Source of the DNA: Lepidodermella squamata
Taxonomy: Eukaryota > Animalia > Gastrotricha
Assembly: GCA_047495785.1 (NCBI GenBank)
Contig: JBLDXI010000035.1
Location: 1 to 64,000 of the forward strand
Direction: 5' to 3'
DNA length: 64,000 nucleotides
Positions 10,082 to 22,419 of this stretch are shown piece by piece. The translations under genes were made by a program, and so were the position numbers. The notes under the pieces are model-generated. The model ran no database searches, had not been told where the DNA came from, and worked only from the letters and a program-made list of their open reading frames with translations. Positions within the stretch are counted from its first letter, which is position 1; each line of letters opens with the position of its first letter.

Positions 10082-13000
10082 ATGGCTGCCATCTCTCCTA
10101 CTGGTTTAATGGCTTTTAATGGCAATGGAGTTGTAAGTTCTCAGGGAACACTGGCTTTTTGTCATTATTTATGGTTTTTTCCCTTCACCAGCGCTCTGCT
10201 GCATCTGTTCCCGGTTTTCCTTCGCTGGGTAAGTTGAGTCGATTGCTGGGCATTGACTAATCAATGGCCCCTTATGCTTAGCATATTTTTGCCTTATAAT
10301 CACCATTTTAAACCCCGATTTATTAATACAACTCACTCATGTTTTCTTCTTGTGTGTTTTCTGTTCTCATTTGTGTATGCAGCCGCATCACACTTGCGTC
10401 ACAGCGATGCCTCCTAGCGACACCGCCAGGTGCCCACGTTGCGCCCGATTCATTCTGGTATCTACCTCCTTCTCTAAGTTGATGATGATGTCATAAAAGC
10501 GGCAGCCATTCATTATGATGATGATTGCCTATGTCCACTCAAATTGATGATAATGATAAGCCGAGTCCTTGTTAAATTCGACTTACATTGCCAAATTTGT
10601 TTTTGTGTTTTTGTGATGTACATTCTAGAAAGCAATGACATGATGATCCGGCCGTGAGACTCACTGCAACTCGATTAATCTCGGAATTTCAAATTCATTC
10701 ATTCATTTATTTTCCAAGTCATACTTTCAAGTTTGATAACATTTTTCTTTTGATCTATCAGGGAATGGCATTGGAAGTTCTGCAGGGTCGGAAAATATGA
10801 ATTCCTCAAATTCCGAGGCTCAACTGGACCAAATCGGTCCCGTTGTTGAAGGCCCGGGTTCGAAACGGGCGGAAGACCGTTTCACCTTGAAGACGCTGTC
10901 TGCGACGCAACAAGATCGTGTTCAACGCGCGAAAAAGTACGCGTTGGAGCAAAGTATCAAAAGCATTTTGGTCAAGCAAACTATCACGCATCAACAGCAG
11001 CAGATGCAGAGTTTTCAAGTCACTGTCCAGCGACAGCAAGCTCTAGCCCTCATGTGTCGCATCTACGTGGGTTCGATCAATTACGACGTACCCGAGTCGG
11101 CGCTGCGAACAGCTTTCGCGCCGTTCGGCCCCGTCAAATCGTTGTCGATGCCGTTCGACTCGGCTACTAATAAGCACAAAGGCTTCGCGTTCATCGAGTA
11201 TGAAGTGCCGGAATCGGCGGCTCTTGCTGTCGAGCAAATGAATAGCGTCATCATGGGTGGGCGCAACATCAAAGTTGGGTGAGTTCGCATTTATTACTTT
11301 ATCGATAATCAGTCTTTTGGCAATAAAATATATCTAAATATCCGGGAGAAGTTGAGCAAAAGACCCGAAAGCAAATTTTTAAGGTGGCGAAAATGAGAAA
11401 ATCAAAAGAATATTGAATAATGTTCAGTGTGTTGAATTGAAAATGATGTCATGGTACAGCTATAGTATCGGGAAAATTAGAATTAATCGAAATTCCGTTC
11501 CTATTGGACAAGGGGCGTTAACGCACAGCAATCGGCCCCACAGGAGGCGTGAGATCGCCTGCGGCTATATAAACTTTTTAGCGACAAAATGCTTAGTCTG
11601 TGAGCTGCAGATTACGAATTAGGGCATGCCTAATTGAACTGATGAAGGCAAATATGAGAAACAGACAAAAAATGCCAAAAACTTTCCCAAGCGTCAATGC
11701 GACTTTTGATACGAGAAAATGAATGCAAGATTTGTCTCACAGTCTTAAGCTGGTGCAATGAAGGCATCGATGAAAACCCATTGGCGAAAAATGGACGGTG
11801 AGGAAATTTGTCTTCAGGCAGGAGAGCAACTGACTTTTGTCATTTCACTGAATTTCAAGCCAATTGATTTGAAGTGTATAGTAGAACATCGAACATGAAT
11901 CGAGTGATTTTAATTACTCATGTGTTGAAATTTTCAGGCGTCCGACGAACATGCCACAGGCGCTGGCGATCATCCAACAGCTGGCGGTCGAGGCGCAGAG
12001 CTACAACCGGCTGTTCGTCGCCTCGGTGCACCCGGAGCTGGGCGAGCGCGACCTGCAGTCGGTGTTCGAGGCGTTCGGCCGCGTGCGCGCCGTGCAGCTC
12101 GCGCTCGACCCGACGCGGCCGGGCAAGCACCGCGGCTTCGGCTTCATCGAGTACGACACGAAGCAGGCGAGCGAGGACGCGTGCCAGGCCATGAACCTCT
12201 TCGACCTGGGCGGGCAGTTCCTGCGCGTCGGCCGCGCCGTCACGCCGCCGAACTGCACGCCGGCGGCAATGGCGGCGCAGGTGCCGGCCGCCGCGCCCGC
12301 CTCGCTGCCCAGCGCCGCCGCCATCGCCGCCGCCACCATCACGGCGAAGATCCAGTCGATGGAGGTGATCGCGCCCGCCGTCGTGTCGCCCAAGAACCCG
12401 GCCATCCCGCCGCCGGCCGTCGTCATCCCGCAGATCTCGTCGATCTCGCCCGGCCACAGCGCGTCGTCCCGCTCGCCGAAACTCGGCCTGTCGAGCGCGC
12501 CCGTCGTCGCCGTGCCGCCGCCCGCCGTCATCACGGTGCCGCCGATTGTCGCGGCGAAGACCGCCGAGCCGGCCGTTGTTGCGGCTGTGGCTGCGAAGGC
12601 GGCCGCCGAGCCCGAGCGCCAGCAGCAGGAACAGGAATCGCTCGCTGAAATTGCATCGAAATTCTTGCTAGGTGAGTGAAGCGAACACTTGCTCTCAAAT
12701 TTAGCTTGATGAAGCACTCTCGGGGTAAACACATTTCGTAGTTTGAGATTGCATTTTAATTGCATTTTTTCAAGCCCTTGATTATTGTAATGATCTGCTG
12801 AAATTTTCTCAAAATTTGAGGGAACGAATTCATAAATGTTATAGCCATTTCATGGCGATTACGACGATTTCGGAATTCACCAGTATTTTTAATTTGATGA
12901 ATTTTTGATCGCCTGTTTTAAGGTTTAAGGGATAATAACTTTCGATGCTGACAACGAGAATTTGAACAAAAACGTTATTTTGCAAAGTCAGGGCTGGTAT

Positions 13001-14240
13001 CAATTTAAAAAAGGTTGAAATTACGATTTTTTTTAGATTTTACGAAATTTAGAACTACGTTCGTTTCATTTTTTGATACAATATGTCGGAAATAGTGGAA
13101 AATCATCGGATTTCGCGTTTCGTTGTCTTTTCTCCGATTGATTTGTCTCGAAACATAATCGTTCGAATAAACTTTGTATTTACTATGAAGCTATTAAGCC
13201 TTTAGAATGTTTAGCTGTCCTCTCTACTGGGGCTAATACATTCAAATTATGCGCCTACAACTATTTTTCGGCTGAATCAATGCTCAAATTATTCAAGTTG
13301 TTGAAATTATTGTCATGATTTTTTTACTTGTGATTATAGGCGGCAAACCTGCGTCGACGGAAATCGAGTCGATCGAAGCCGAAGAAGGCCAGAATGTGAA
13401 GGTGAAGGGCCGAGAGGCGCGGCACCTGATCATGCAAAAGCTGATGCGGCAACAGGAGTTTCGCGTCATGGTGCTTCGCAACATGGTCACGGTCGACGAC
13501 TTGGACCCCGAACTCGAGTCGGAGGTGACCGAAGAGTGCGGCAAGTACGGCGAGGTGCGCAAGGTCGTCATCTACCAGGAGCGCCAGGGCCACGAGGAGG
13601 ACGCGCCTGTCATTGTTAAAATTTTTGTCGAATTCGCTGCGCAAGCAGGTTTGTTAATCCTGGCTACACTTCATTCTTCGTCTCTTTTTCGCTGTACGCG
13701 CAATTTTCCCGTGTCTTTTTGATTTTTTTGGGGAGTTTTCCTAATATTTTGAATTTAGCTAAATAATGTGAATTTTGGGAAAATTGTCAAAATAATTGTG
13801 TTTTAATTTTAATTATATTCGCTGATTAAAACTAAGCAAAATCTTGATTTCCCGTAATTTTCGAAAATTGATGTAGAAATTGTGTTGATTTTCCGCGTGA
13901 TGTCTGGAATTGGATGTTTGCATTCGCCAAAAATAACCGAGTGTTCCAGTTTGCTTCCGGTTACGACGGTGGCGCGTGCCAGCTTGCATACACCATGTGG
14001 TCATGTTTTCCGAGTTACGCAGATAAATTTAGTTTGAGAGCAAACAACAACCCTAAATTTACCAATCTCGTGCTGAACTGCAAATTTATTTCTATTTTTA
14101 AAGCTTGATTTAATTTTTTAAATTTTTCAGATGCCGAGAAGGCGATTCAGTCGCTGAATGGGCGGTGGTTCGCCGGGCGCATGGTGCGGGCCGAGAAATA
14201 CGACCAGCTGCTGTACGAGCACGACGACTTGAGTGGCTGA
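10082..14240 (+). CDS. PUF60: Poly(U)-binding splicing factor PUF60/half pint; supported exons ~10762-11278, 11938-12671, 13340-13648, 14131-14240; 5' exons uncertain
   Basis: [15 protein letters not shown]1 (CRIYVGSI...HKGFAFIEY), RRM2, and a C-terminal UHM (VLRNMV...LNGRWFAGR). Confidence 0.93.
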
Positions 14241-14595
14241 TCAGCAGCCGTCGATTGATTTTCGCTTGTATCACTACCGCTACCTTATTACATACATACA
14301 TCATGTACCATGTGTATTATTCTTCGTACTACTTGATATCGATCAGTCAATCAGGCAATAAAAATGATAACAATTTGGAAGTCACATGTTTATAAACATT
14401 TTTTTCCATTTTTTTAGTTTCGTTTTTGTGTGCGTGTTAAATTTTATATTCATATTTTACCGATCCCGGCGTGTGCGAAAAATGAGCCCGAAATAGGCGA
14501 CCGCTTTCGAAATCGCCTCGCTTGTTGGTGAAGAATACTACAAGGAAGACCACTTCGAATTTTGTTTTTTTTTGCGTAAAAATCTCCGAAGAAAA

Positions 14596-17500
14596 ATGTC
14601 GGCCAACAAGCAGAATGCGAGCAGTAACAGTAGAACGGATCTACTGCAGCAGAACCAGCCGTCGCAGCAGCAGCAGAGTCTGCTGTCGCCGGCGCACCTC
14701 GTGTCCAAGTCGGCCAAGTCGCCCCTCGTCGACGTGTCCAACCGAGTCGCCATGTTCTCTCCGCAGACGGAACTCGCCAGCAGGTTGCAGCAGACTTCGT
14801 GAGTTATCACCTACCATGTTACGCCGTTCAATTTGATAATTAAATTCAACGTCCTCGTTAATTTAAGAATTAAATAAACTTCAAAATTGGAAGTTCGCTA
14901 TGACAACAAGTTCCCTATGGAATTAATAATGTGGTTATTCGAATCAAAAATGGTATCGAAATAGTACTAAATCGTGTCCCAGAAGTTAGGCTACTAGTTG
15001 AAATTTGGCAACTTTTTGAAGGAAATTTAATTAATTTTTGAATTAAACCTACCGTGAGAATACTCCATCTTTCATCCGCAATTAAAACGAAGAAATTGAA
15101 AATTTACGGGAGAAAACCAGGAAAACCCCGATAGTAACTGGTTCGGTAATTTTCGGTATTTACCGGGTCGGAAGAAAATTCTCCGGACTTTCTTTATCCC
15201 ATTAATCGACATACTTCATTGCTATTCTCGTGATTTTTCTTAAATTTTTCTAAAATTTGAATTTTCTGGCTATTAGATGTGACTTCGTCTCTTATTTGCG
15301 TTACTTATGGGGTACGGTGTATTTAAAATGGAAATTATTAATGGTCTACTCGAGAAAAATCCGAGCTTATCGATGCTCCCAACAAATTTATTCTACATCT
15401 GAGAGACTCTGGACAAAAGAGTGTGACTAAGGGCTGAAATCCCTTGTCACGTCTCAATTATCTGAAAAACTTGGATTTTAACCATTCCTCACCCCTTCTC
15501 ATCATGTTTTCCACTGCTAAAAGATTTCTGTTGATTTTCTGTCTGTAGGCTGAGCAGTTCGAGCATCAGCCTCACAAAGCCGATTGACCATGAAAAACCG
15601 GCGCAATCACGGCAGCAGGCGTCTAGTAGTTGTATATCGACAGAAGTCGCCCGTCTTTCATCCTCCTCCTCTTCCTCTTCCTCGTCCTCACTATCGTCGT
15701 CTTATTGTGTCCAAATTCGATGTCGCGAGTCGTCGTCCGAAAAAGACTGCTGGTCGCCGTGGACCCTGAGCCGAGACCGTGAAATCACGGCCGCGAACGC
15801 GTCGAGTCACTTCGCCGAACTCGTCAACGCAGCGCCGGCGATTCTCAACCCTAGTGAACTCCTGCTGACTCATCACCATCATCATCACAGCCACAGCCAG
15901 CCGCACCAACGCGAGCGATCGAAAAGCCTGGCGATGAAACGCGTCGCGCACGACCACTTCCAGTCGAGTTCGCTGAAGAAGAGCAAGGGCGTGGCCGGGC
16001 CGCTCGAGTCGATCCTCGAGGCGTCGCTGTCGCCGACGTCGTTCAGCTCGCGGCTGCGCGCCGGCAGCGCCCCCACCCCCTTCGATCCGGCGCTGAAACT
16101 CGCCGAAATCGCCATCACCCCGACGAAAAAGTCGAGCGAAAACTCGTCGCCTGCGCCCGAGACGACAACGCCCGTCCGCCAGAAAGTGGTGCCGGCCGCG
16201 CGCAAGAAGTTGCCGCACAGCCGGTCGATGGTGGCGCTCGACAAGCACCAGCACCAGCAGGCCTGCAACTTCGACAGTCCGGTGTGCGACCGGTCGAAAC
16301 TGCTCGCCGAGAAGCCGAGTTCGGCGTCGCCGCGGCGCCAGTCGTTTGCGGCGGCGACGAGCCACAGCCGCGACGACCGGCCCGTCTTCGACGACACGTG
16401 CAACTTGCTGATTGGCGACCGATCGAAACGGTTTCTGCTCGCGTGCCGGCTGTGCGACGGCGTGCCGCTCGTCGAGTCTGAGGAAATCGCCAAATTACTT
16501 GAAGGTAAATGCAATACTTGTTCAATTTTTACAACTGCGTTTCATTGCGTTTCATTGAATGCTATCATATTTTGGCGAAATCTTTATAAACTATGTCAAC
16601 AGCATCAGAATTTTCCGGTGTGGAGGACCAATCAAACATTTTCGAGCATTCGTGTTGTTGTAGATTCAAGTCGCATAAAGCCATGCTGTTCAGCAAATGA
16701 TAGAGTAATAGTCGAGGATTTATTACGGACTAGAGTGTTGAATACTCTACTCGGTGTGCAAATTGGCCTATGATTGGGATGAGATTTTGGATTTTCCCTT
16801 CTTCTCTTGGGTAAAAAGTAACCAAGTCGTAATCTGCTGCATCGTTATAATAATAAGGCCTGATAACTAATCGTAATAGATTCCTAATGTGGCTCTCCAG
16901 CTTCCATCGGATGGATGACTCACGGAGGTTCCAGCTCCACTGGCGCCATTGGAACCGAACCGCGAATTGATTGATTTATCGATACCTCTTTTTATAGACT
17001 AGTAATCAGGGATTAGCAATCCCATTCAGAAACCAAGAAGCCATAAGGTTAAAGCGGTAGTATACCTATACAGATGCGAGGTAATTCACTAAATACCGCT
17101 TACCTACACGATAGTTACCATCTAAGCCTTGGAGCCTAATAGCTGCGTGAATTGAATAGCGGAAATTGCCAATGCTGGAATGTCTTCAAAGGACTGGCCG
17201 ATTTCATGCGTGTTGCCTGCAACACGAGAAAAGTAACTATCATAATTGTTCAGAAATATCAGAAATATCAAATCTCAGCATCTTATCTGATGTCATTATT
17301 ACATTTGAGAAAAAAGTCACACCCACAGAGAGTGACTGGAGGTGCAGACGAACCCAGTGTTGCGAGATAGCTTTTGAAGCCAAAACCGCGCCAGTACATG
17401 TGAGGAGCAGGGGGTATCCTTTTCTCGTTTCTTCCATTCATTCTTTTGTGTAATTGAAATTGTTGTTCGGCTAAAAAAAGAAACAAAAAATGGCATTACT

Positions 17501-19974
17501 TGCATCCAATCAGCAGTGTGTTGGAGTTGGCATTGAAGTCGGCAGTATACTGGTGACCAAAGTTTACGCAGAGACGATTCTGTAGAAAGTTGTGTTTGAA
17601 GAAGTAACGGCCTTTGCCATTCTGATTTCGCCAATCTTGAATGCAAATTACCTTTTGGAATCAGCTGAGAATTTCTCTACTACTTATATAATATTATTCT
17701 TTATAAACTGGATGAAATATTGAGTACCTAACAATTGTATTATTTGTAGGTCACTACGCGAACGAAGTGGAGCGAGCGTACATCATCGACTGCCGGTTCC
17801 CGTACGAGTTCTCGGGCGGGCACATCCGCGGCGCCCTCAACTTCCCGTACCCGTTCTTCGACACTCTGCGCTCGGCGTTTTTCACCCGCAGCAGCGCCGA
17901 CAGCTCGGCCGAGGCTGGACCGACGGCGGCGTGGATCCGACCGGAGGCGGCGTCGGACGAGGAGCGGGCGGCGCGGACGGGCAGCCGCGTGATCGTCGTG
18001 TTCCACTGCGAGTTCAGCAGCCACCGCGCGCCCAACACGTACCGGCTGTTCCGCACGGAGGACCGGAACGCGCACACGATCGCGAACTACCCGCAGCTGG
18101 ACTACCCGGAGGCGTACATCCTCGCCGGCGGCTACAAGGCCTTCGTGCAGTACTGCGGCCGGACGGCGAAGCCGCGGCTGTGCGAGCCGCCCGGCGGCTA
18201 CGTCAAGCAGGCGGACCCGCGCTACAGCGACCACCTGCGGCGCATGCAGCGGCGCATCAAGACCATGAGCGAGGTCGAGTTCGTGCAGCAGTCATCGGCG
18301 TCGCAACACTTGACCAACAGTTGCCCACTCTCGGCGTCTGAAATTCAGTGAGTTGTTGCTCATGTAATTGGAGACTGGAAAAAATTGGACACTTTTGGCT
18401 TTGAAGTTGATCACATTTTCAGGGTCAGAATTACGTTAGAAATTACGGAAATTCTCCGTCTCGTCAGTTTTCCGTTTGATAAAAAATACTTTAACCCGCA
18501 GCAAATTCATACTCTTTTCCGCAGCAAATTTCTTTATTTTCTTTCCAGCATCTCCAATTTTTCTCCAAATCTTGGGATTCTCACTTATTCTGATAGAGGA
18601 GGATTAGGGCTGTCGAAAAAGCCCTAACTCATTAATAAAAGATTGACTAATTTGGGGATATGATGGAAAGTCCGAAGTCATCATACTTTTGTCTCACAAA
18701 TCACACTATTGGTGAAACTTGAAAAGGGTTCGTTTGGCAACATTAGTGCCAATCGATAGCCCTCGAACCCCGCTATCAACTGGCGTCGTGATTAGCTTCT
18801 TATCAAACGTAACCTGGCGTCCATGATTGAATAAATGGAAATTTGCTGCGGAAAAGAGTGAAAATTTGCTGCGGCCAAAAGTACCGTCCGTTTGATATTG
18901 ACCTCGAGCAGATAGAAACAAATTTAGATCTCATTATTTTCAATTTCAAATATCAAAAAAATTTCCGATAGCATTCGGAATGGGTATTTCCTTGACTTAC
19001 TCTCTTTGAAATTGAAGGGAAAACTGAGTTTGAGCAGGGCGTCTACCCGTATTGTGAGTATTAAATTGGCTCGTTTTTGGCCCGTTCAAATGTTTCACTA
19101 AGAATAATTTGATTTTCATTGAAATATTTGCAACTCTTGAATGTGGGTTCCAGGACTAAATTTGGGCTTTCGAATTTTTGCGATTTTGAATTTTTTGATA
19201 GATAATTCTTATGCAATTTTGAATTTCTACTTCTTAGTCTAAATGGCTATTTTTGGATATAGAATAATTTGTATGTTGACTTTCTCGACCGCTGCCACTG
19301 GGAAAATCACCGATTCGTACAATCGATATCGGAAATCGCTGTAGTCGAGAAACAAAGAAAAATATGAGAAATGGAAAAACAAGGAGGTTTTGCGCAGCTA
19401 ACAGCTAGTTCATTACTCAACTCAGGTTTCGATGGCGAACCAATTTTCAATTTCTCAGTTCTAAAAACGATGGAAGGAACCATTGCTAATCTATTATAGG
19501 GTACATTGATGAAAGGGCGACCCGACCAGAATTCGAATGGTCAATCCCGTCGAAAGAATGGATCATAAGATTCGGTCTTATAGTTGATTTCCCACTCTAA
19601 TACTGTGCTAATGTGTTTTTGCTAACTTTGTTAGGATCAGTCAACAACCGCCGGCTGTCGTCGTTGCATCGCCGTCGAAGCCGTCGTCGTCGGCGCCGGG
19701 CGATGCGACGCGCTCGGAGCCGCTGAACACGAGCAGTTCGTTCGCGAGCCACAGCGACGACGAGACGAGCGAGGCCAAGTCGAAGCGGCAGAGCGAGTTC
19801 GACGACGACTGCCCGATGCGCGGCTTCCACAAGAAGGACCTGGCGATGCGCCAGCGCCGCCGCTCCGACTGCCCGCGGCCCACCGCCATCGGCTTCTCCA
19901 CGAGCTTGTGCCGCACCTCCATCGAAGAGCTCAACACGGCGCACGAAAAGGAGCAGCAGCAGCAGCCTTTTTGA
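14596..19974 (+). CDS. CDC25: CDC25 dual-specificity phosphatase; exons 14596-14798, 15549-16504, 17750-18347, 19635-19974
   Basis: Rhodanese domain IIDCRFPYEFSGGHIRGA, catalytic loop HCEFSSHRAP, LDYPEAYILAGGYKAF; splice phases are consistent. Confidence 0.92.
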
Positions 19975-21004
19975 AATCATTTTTGTAACCAAGCACTTGG
20001 AAACCGGTGTGTGAACGAATCAATGGCAGCTAAAATCGATTTGAGAAGTTTGTATCTTCGCCGCAAATTATACGTTATCATTCTTATTCTTCTTATTATT
20101 TTATCTTGATATATACTCGATTTTTTGTTACTACTAATAATTAGCTCTGTGTGTAATCAATTTCTGCTGCATGGCCGTCTTTCGCGACGCGTTGACTGCT
20201 CAAGACCGGAAGACGTTGTTGCTCGTTGACTTCTGATCTTCTGTGTATCATCAAATAATGCATCATTATTTCTTTTTCTCGCTGCTATAAAATACTAACG
20301 ATTGTTGTCTCAATTGAATTTGATAAAAATGAGAATTTTCCAAACTCGGCTGTAGATTTGATTCAAGTGTTACCGTTTGTTGTTTGAACGAACTCTGGAC
20401 ATTATAATATTATGATTATGATAATGCTTGCTAATTTTTTCTTTCACATAATATTTCTTACCTGATGAAAATGAAGGCTCATTGCAGATAAATGGTATTA
20501 TTGTATAACGAATTTTAAACCGCGATGCATCGATTGCGTCTATGTCTTCTTCTTCGGTTTTTACACTGCTCTGGTTTTTTTGCTACCAAATAATATTTGA
20601 ACGTGTGTCTCCGCCTGCCCGGTACTTGGTGGTCGATACTGCTATGCGTATATATGGTATTATTCTCAGCTCATTCGTTGAAGTGTACGATGAAATCGGT
20701 GACGTCTTTTTCCACGAATTTGATTGCTTTTATTATACATTAGCCATTTGAACAATAAAACGTGACATCGAAACTGCTCGGCTTTGCGACTCACTTTTCA
20801 CTTTCAAATTTCAAAACTGCTCGTGAAACTGGTGGCCAGCCAAATCGTTTAGCCGGTCTCACTCGTAAAAACGCGGTCAAGTTTTTAATTTATAGTTCTT
20901 CCATGCCACGTTTGACCTGCATTTATTGAGACCTTTTATATAGGAAGAGAAGGAGCTGCCTTTCAGGTTCTAACGGCTTAGAATTTCACTTGAAATATTG
21001 AGAT

Positions 21005-21649
21005 TTATTCATTTACGAATGCAAGTACTGTCCCTGTTAGCAGGAACACACAGGCAAATGCAGCTAAGGCGGCGCCTGCGTAATTGTAAATGTAGTAACT
21101 GCCTAAGAGAGCTATAGAGAACCACGACACCATCACCAAAATGGCCACGATTATCAAGGCGTTACCAGCGACTCGCTTGGGGTCAAGTTTAGGGTCGTAC
21201 ACTTAGAAAAATGAAACCGTCGTCGGATGTGAAAGACATTTCCTGCACTTATACTTACCAACAGGTGGCTGTGTTGGAAATAGTGTAGATCTCACAGTTG
21301 CTGTAACTACTTTACCATCAATTATCAGAGGAGCCGCCGCCCTTGAAAGACGAAGAAGTATTTGTTGCAATGGTAATTGGCGTAGAAAATTACGTCGTTG
21401 TCGTTGATGTAGTAGAGCTTTCCTCAGGTATCTCGATTCGAATAAGTTGTAGCAAATCGTCCGTGTCAGTTTGATTAACAGAGAGCGATATTGAATCCGC
21501 GTCTTGGGTATGCATAATATAATAATATACGTCCAACGAAATCACGAGAAGGCGCATATATTGCACATACCATAATAGTCTACAGCAAGGCAGCCTTCAA
21601 CGATGAGCCCGAAGATAACAATCTCAACGACCTTGACTTGACTGTGCAT
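21005..21649 (-). CDS. Small orphan membrane protein B (signal-like N-terminus, Thr/Pro-rich region, hydrophobic C-terminal helices), spliced
   Basis: MHSQVKVVEIVIFGLIVEGCLA... and terminal exon GNALIIVAILVMVSWFSIALLG...AALAAFACVFLLTGTVLAF; exon boundaries approximate. Confidence 0.5.
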
Positions 21650-21744
21650 GATTGATATTGTTCTCAAAATTCACCACGGAATAGGTAATTTTTTGTGCCT
21701 AAAATTTAAATTTGGCAGACAGAATGAAAAAAATTCTTGCGCAT

Positions 21745-22419
21745 TCATAATGACATCATCAAACAAGCCCCTGCAGCGCTCATGGGTACCAGTAAAATCA
21801 TCAAAACGGCCGCAGTGGAGTAATTTAGCACATGATTACCGTAATAGATGCTGGCCGCATTAGAAATAAATAAACCGAATGCTATAACAGTGACAATAAT
21901 TAGGAGCACCATTGCCGCGAGGTACTTTCCTGAATTTTTGTAGGTAACGGCATCAGGGACTGGAAAAAGCGCGATGAAAATCAGCAAATAAGTTATATAT
22001 TTGTTGTTACCTGGATAAGACAGCGGTGTAGGCTTCGTGGTGACTTCATAGGCATCAACTAGAAATTAAGACTGGCATACATCTGTTTTCTGGTTAAAAC
22101 ATCACAAACCTGCCATCCTAGGCGAAGGTGTAGGAAGGGTGGTAATATCGATGATTTTTATAGGCTCAATCAGATTGTCGGTATCAGCTGAGACATTGAG
22201 ATTTGTAGACCGCCCAATATCGGGAGGAATTTGGGAAAGGTTCACCTGCTTCTCGACCTCATTGTAGATATCTCCCAGTAGTTTATTGATCATATCTTCG
22301 TCGTCTATTGTGAAAGGCAAAAGCTATAATCGCAGATTGAAAAATATATATGTAGCCACTGAACCTTCATTTTGGGCGTTGATTGCCAGATTGCAAAGAA
22401 ACAGAAGCAGAATTCTCAT
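21745..22419 (-). CDS. Small orphan membrane protein A (signal peptide, acidic/Pro-Thr ectodomain, hydrophobic C-terminal helices), spliced
   Basis: MRILLLFLCNLAINAQ, ORF 22102-22320 and TM-rich ORF 21745-21987 linked by short GT-AG introns. Confidence 0.55.

Noticed and set aside
11874-12765. Long antisense or alternate-frame ORFs over PUF60 (similarly over PRC1, CDC25 and ATP13A)
   Set aside because: By-products of extreme GC3 codon bias, which removes stops in other frames.
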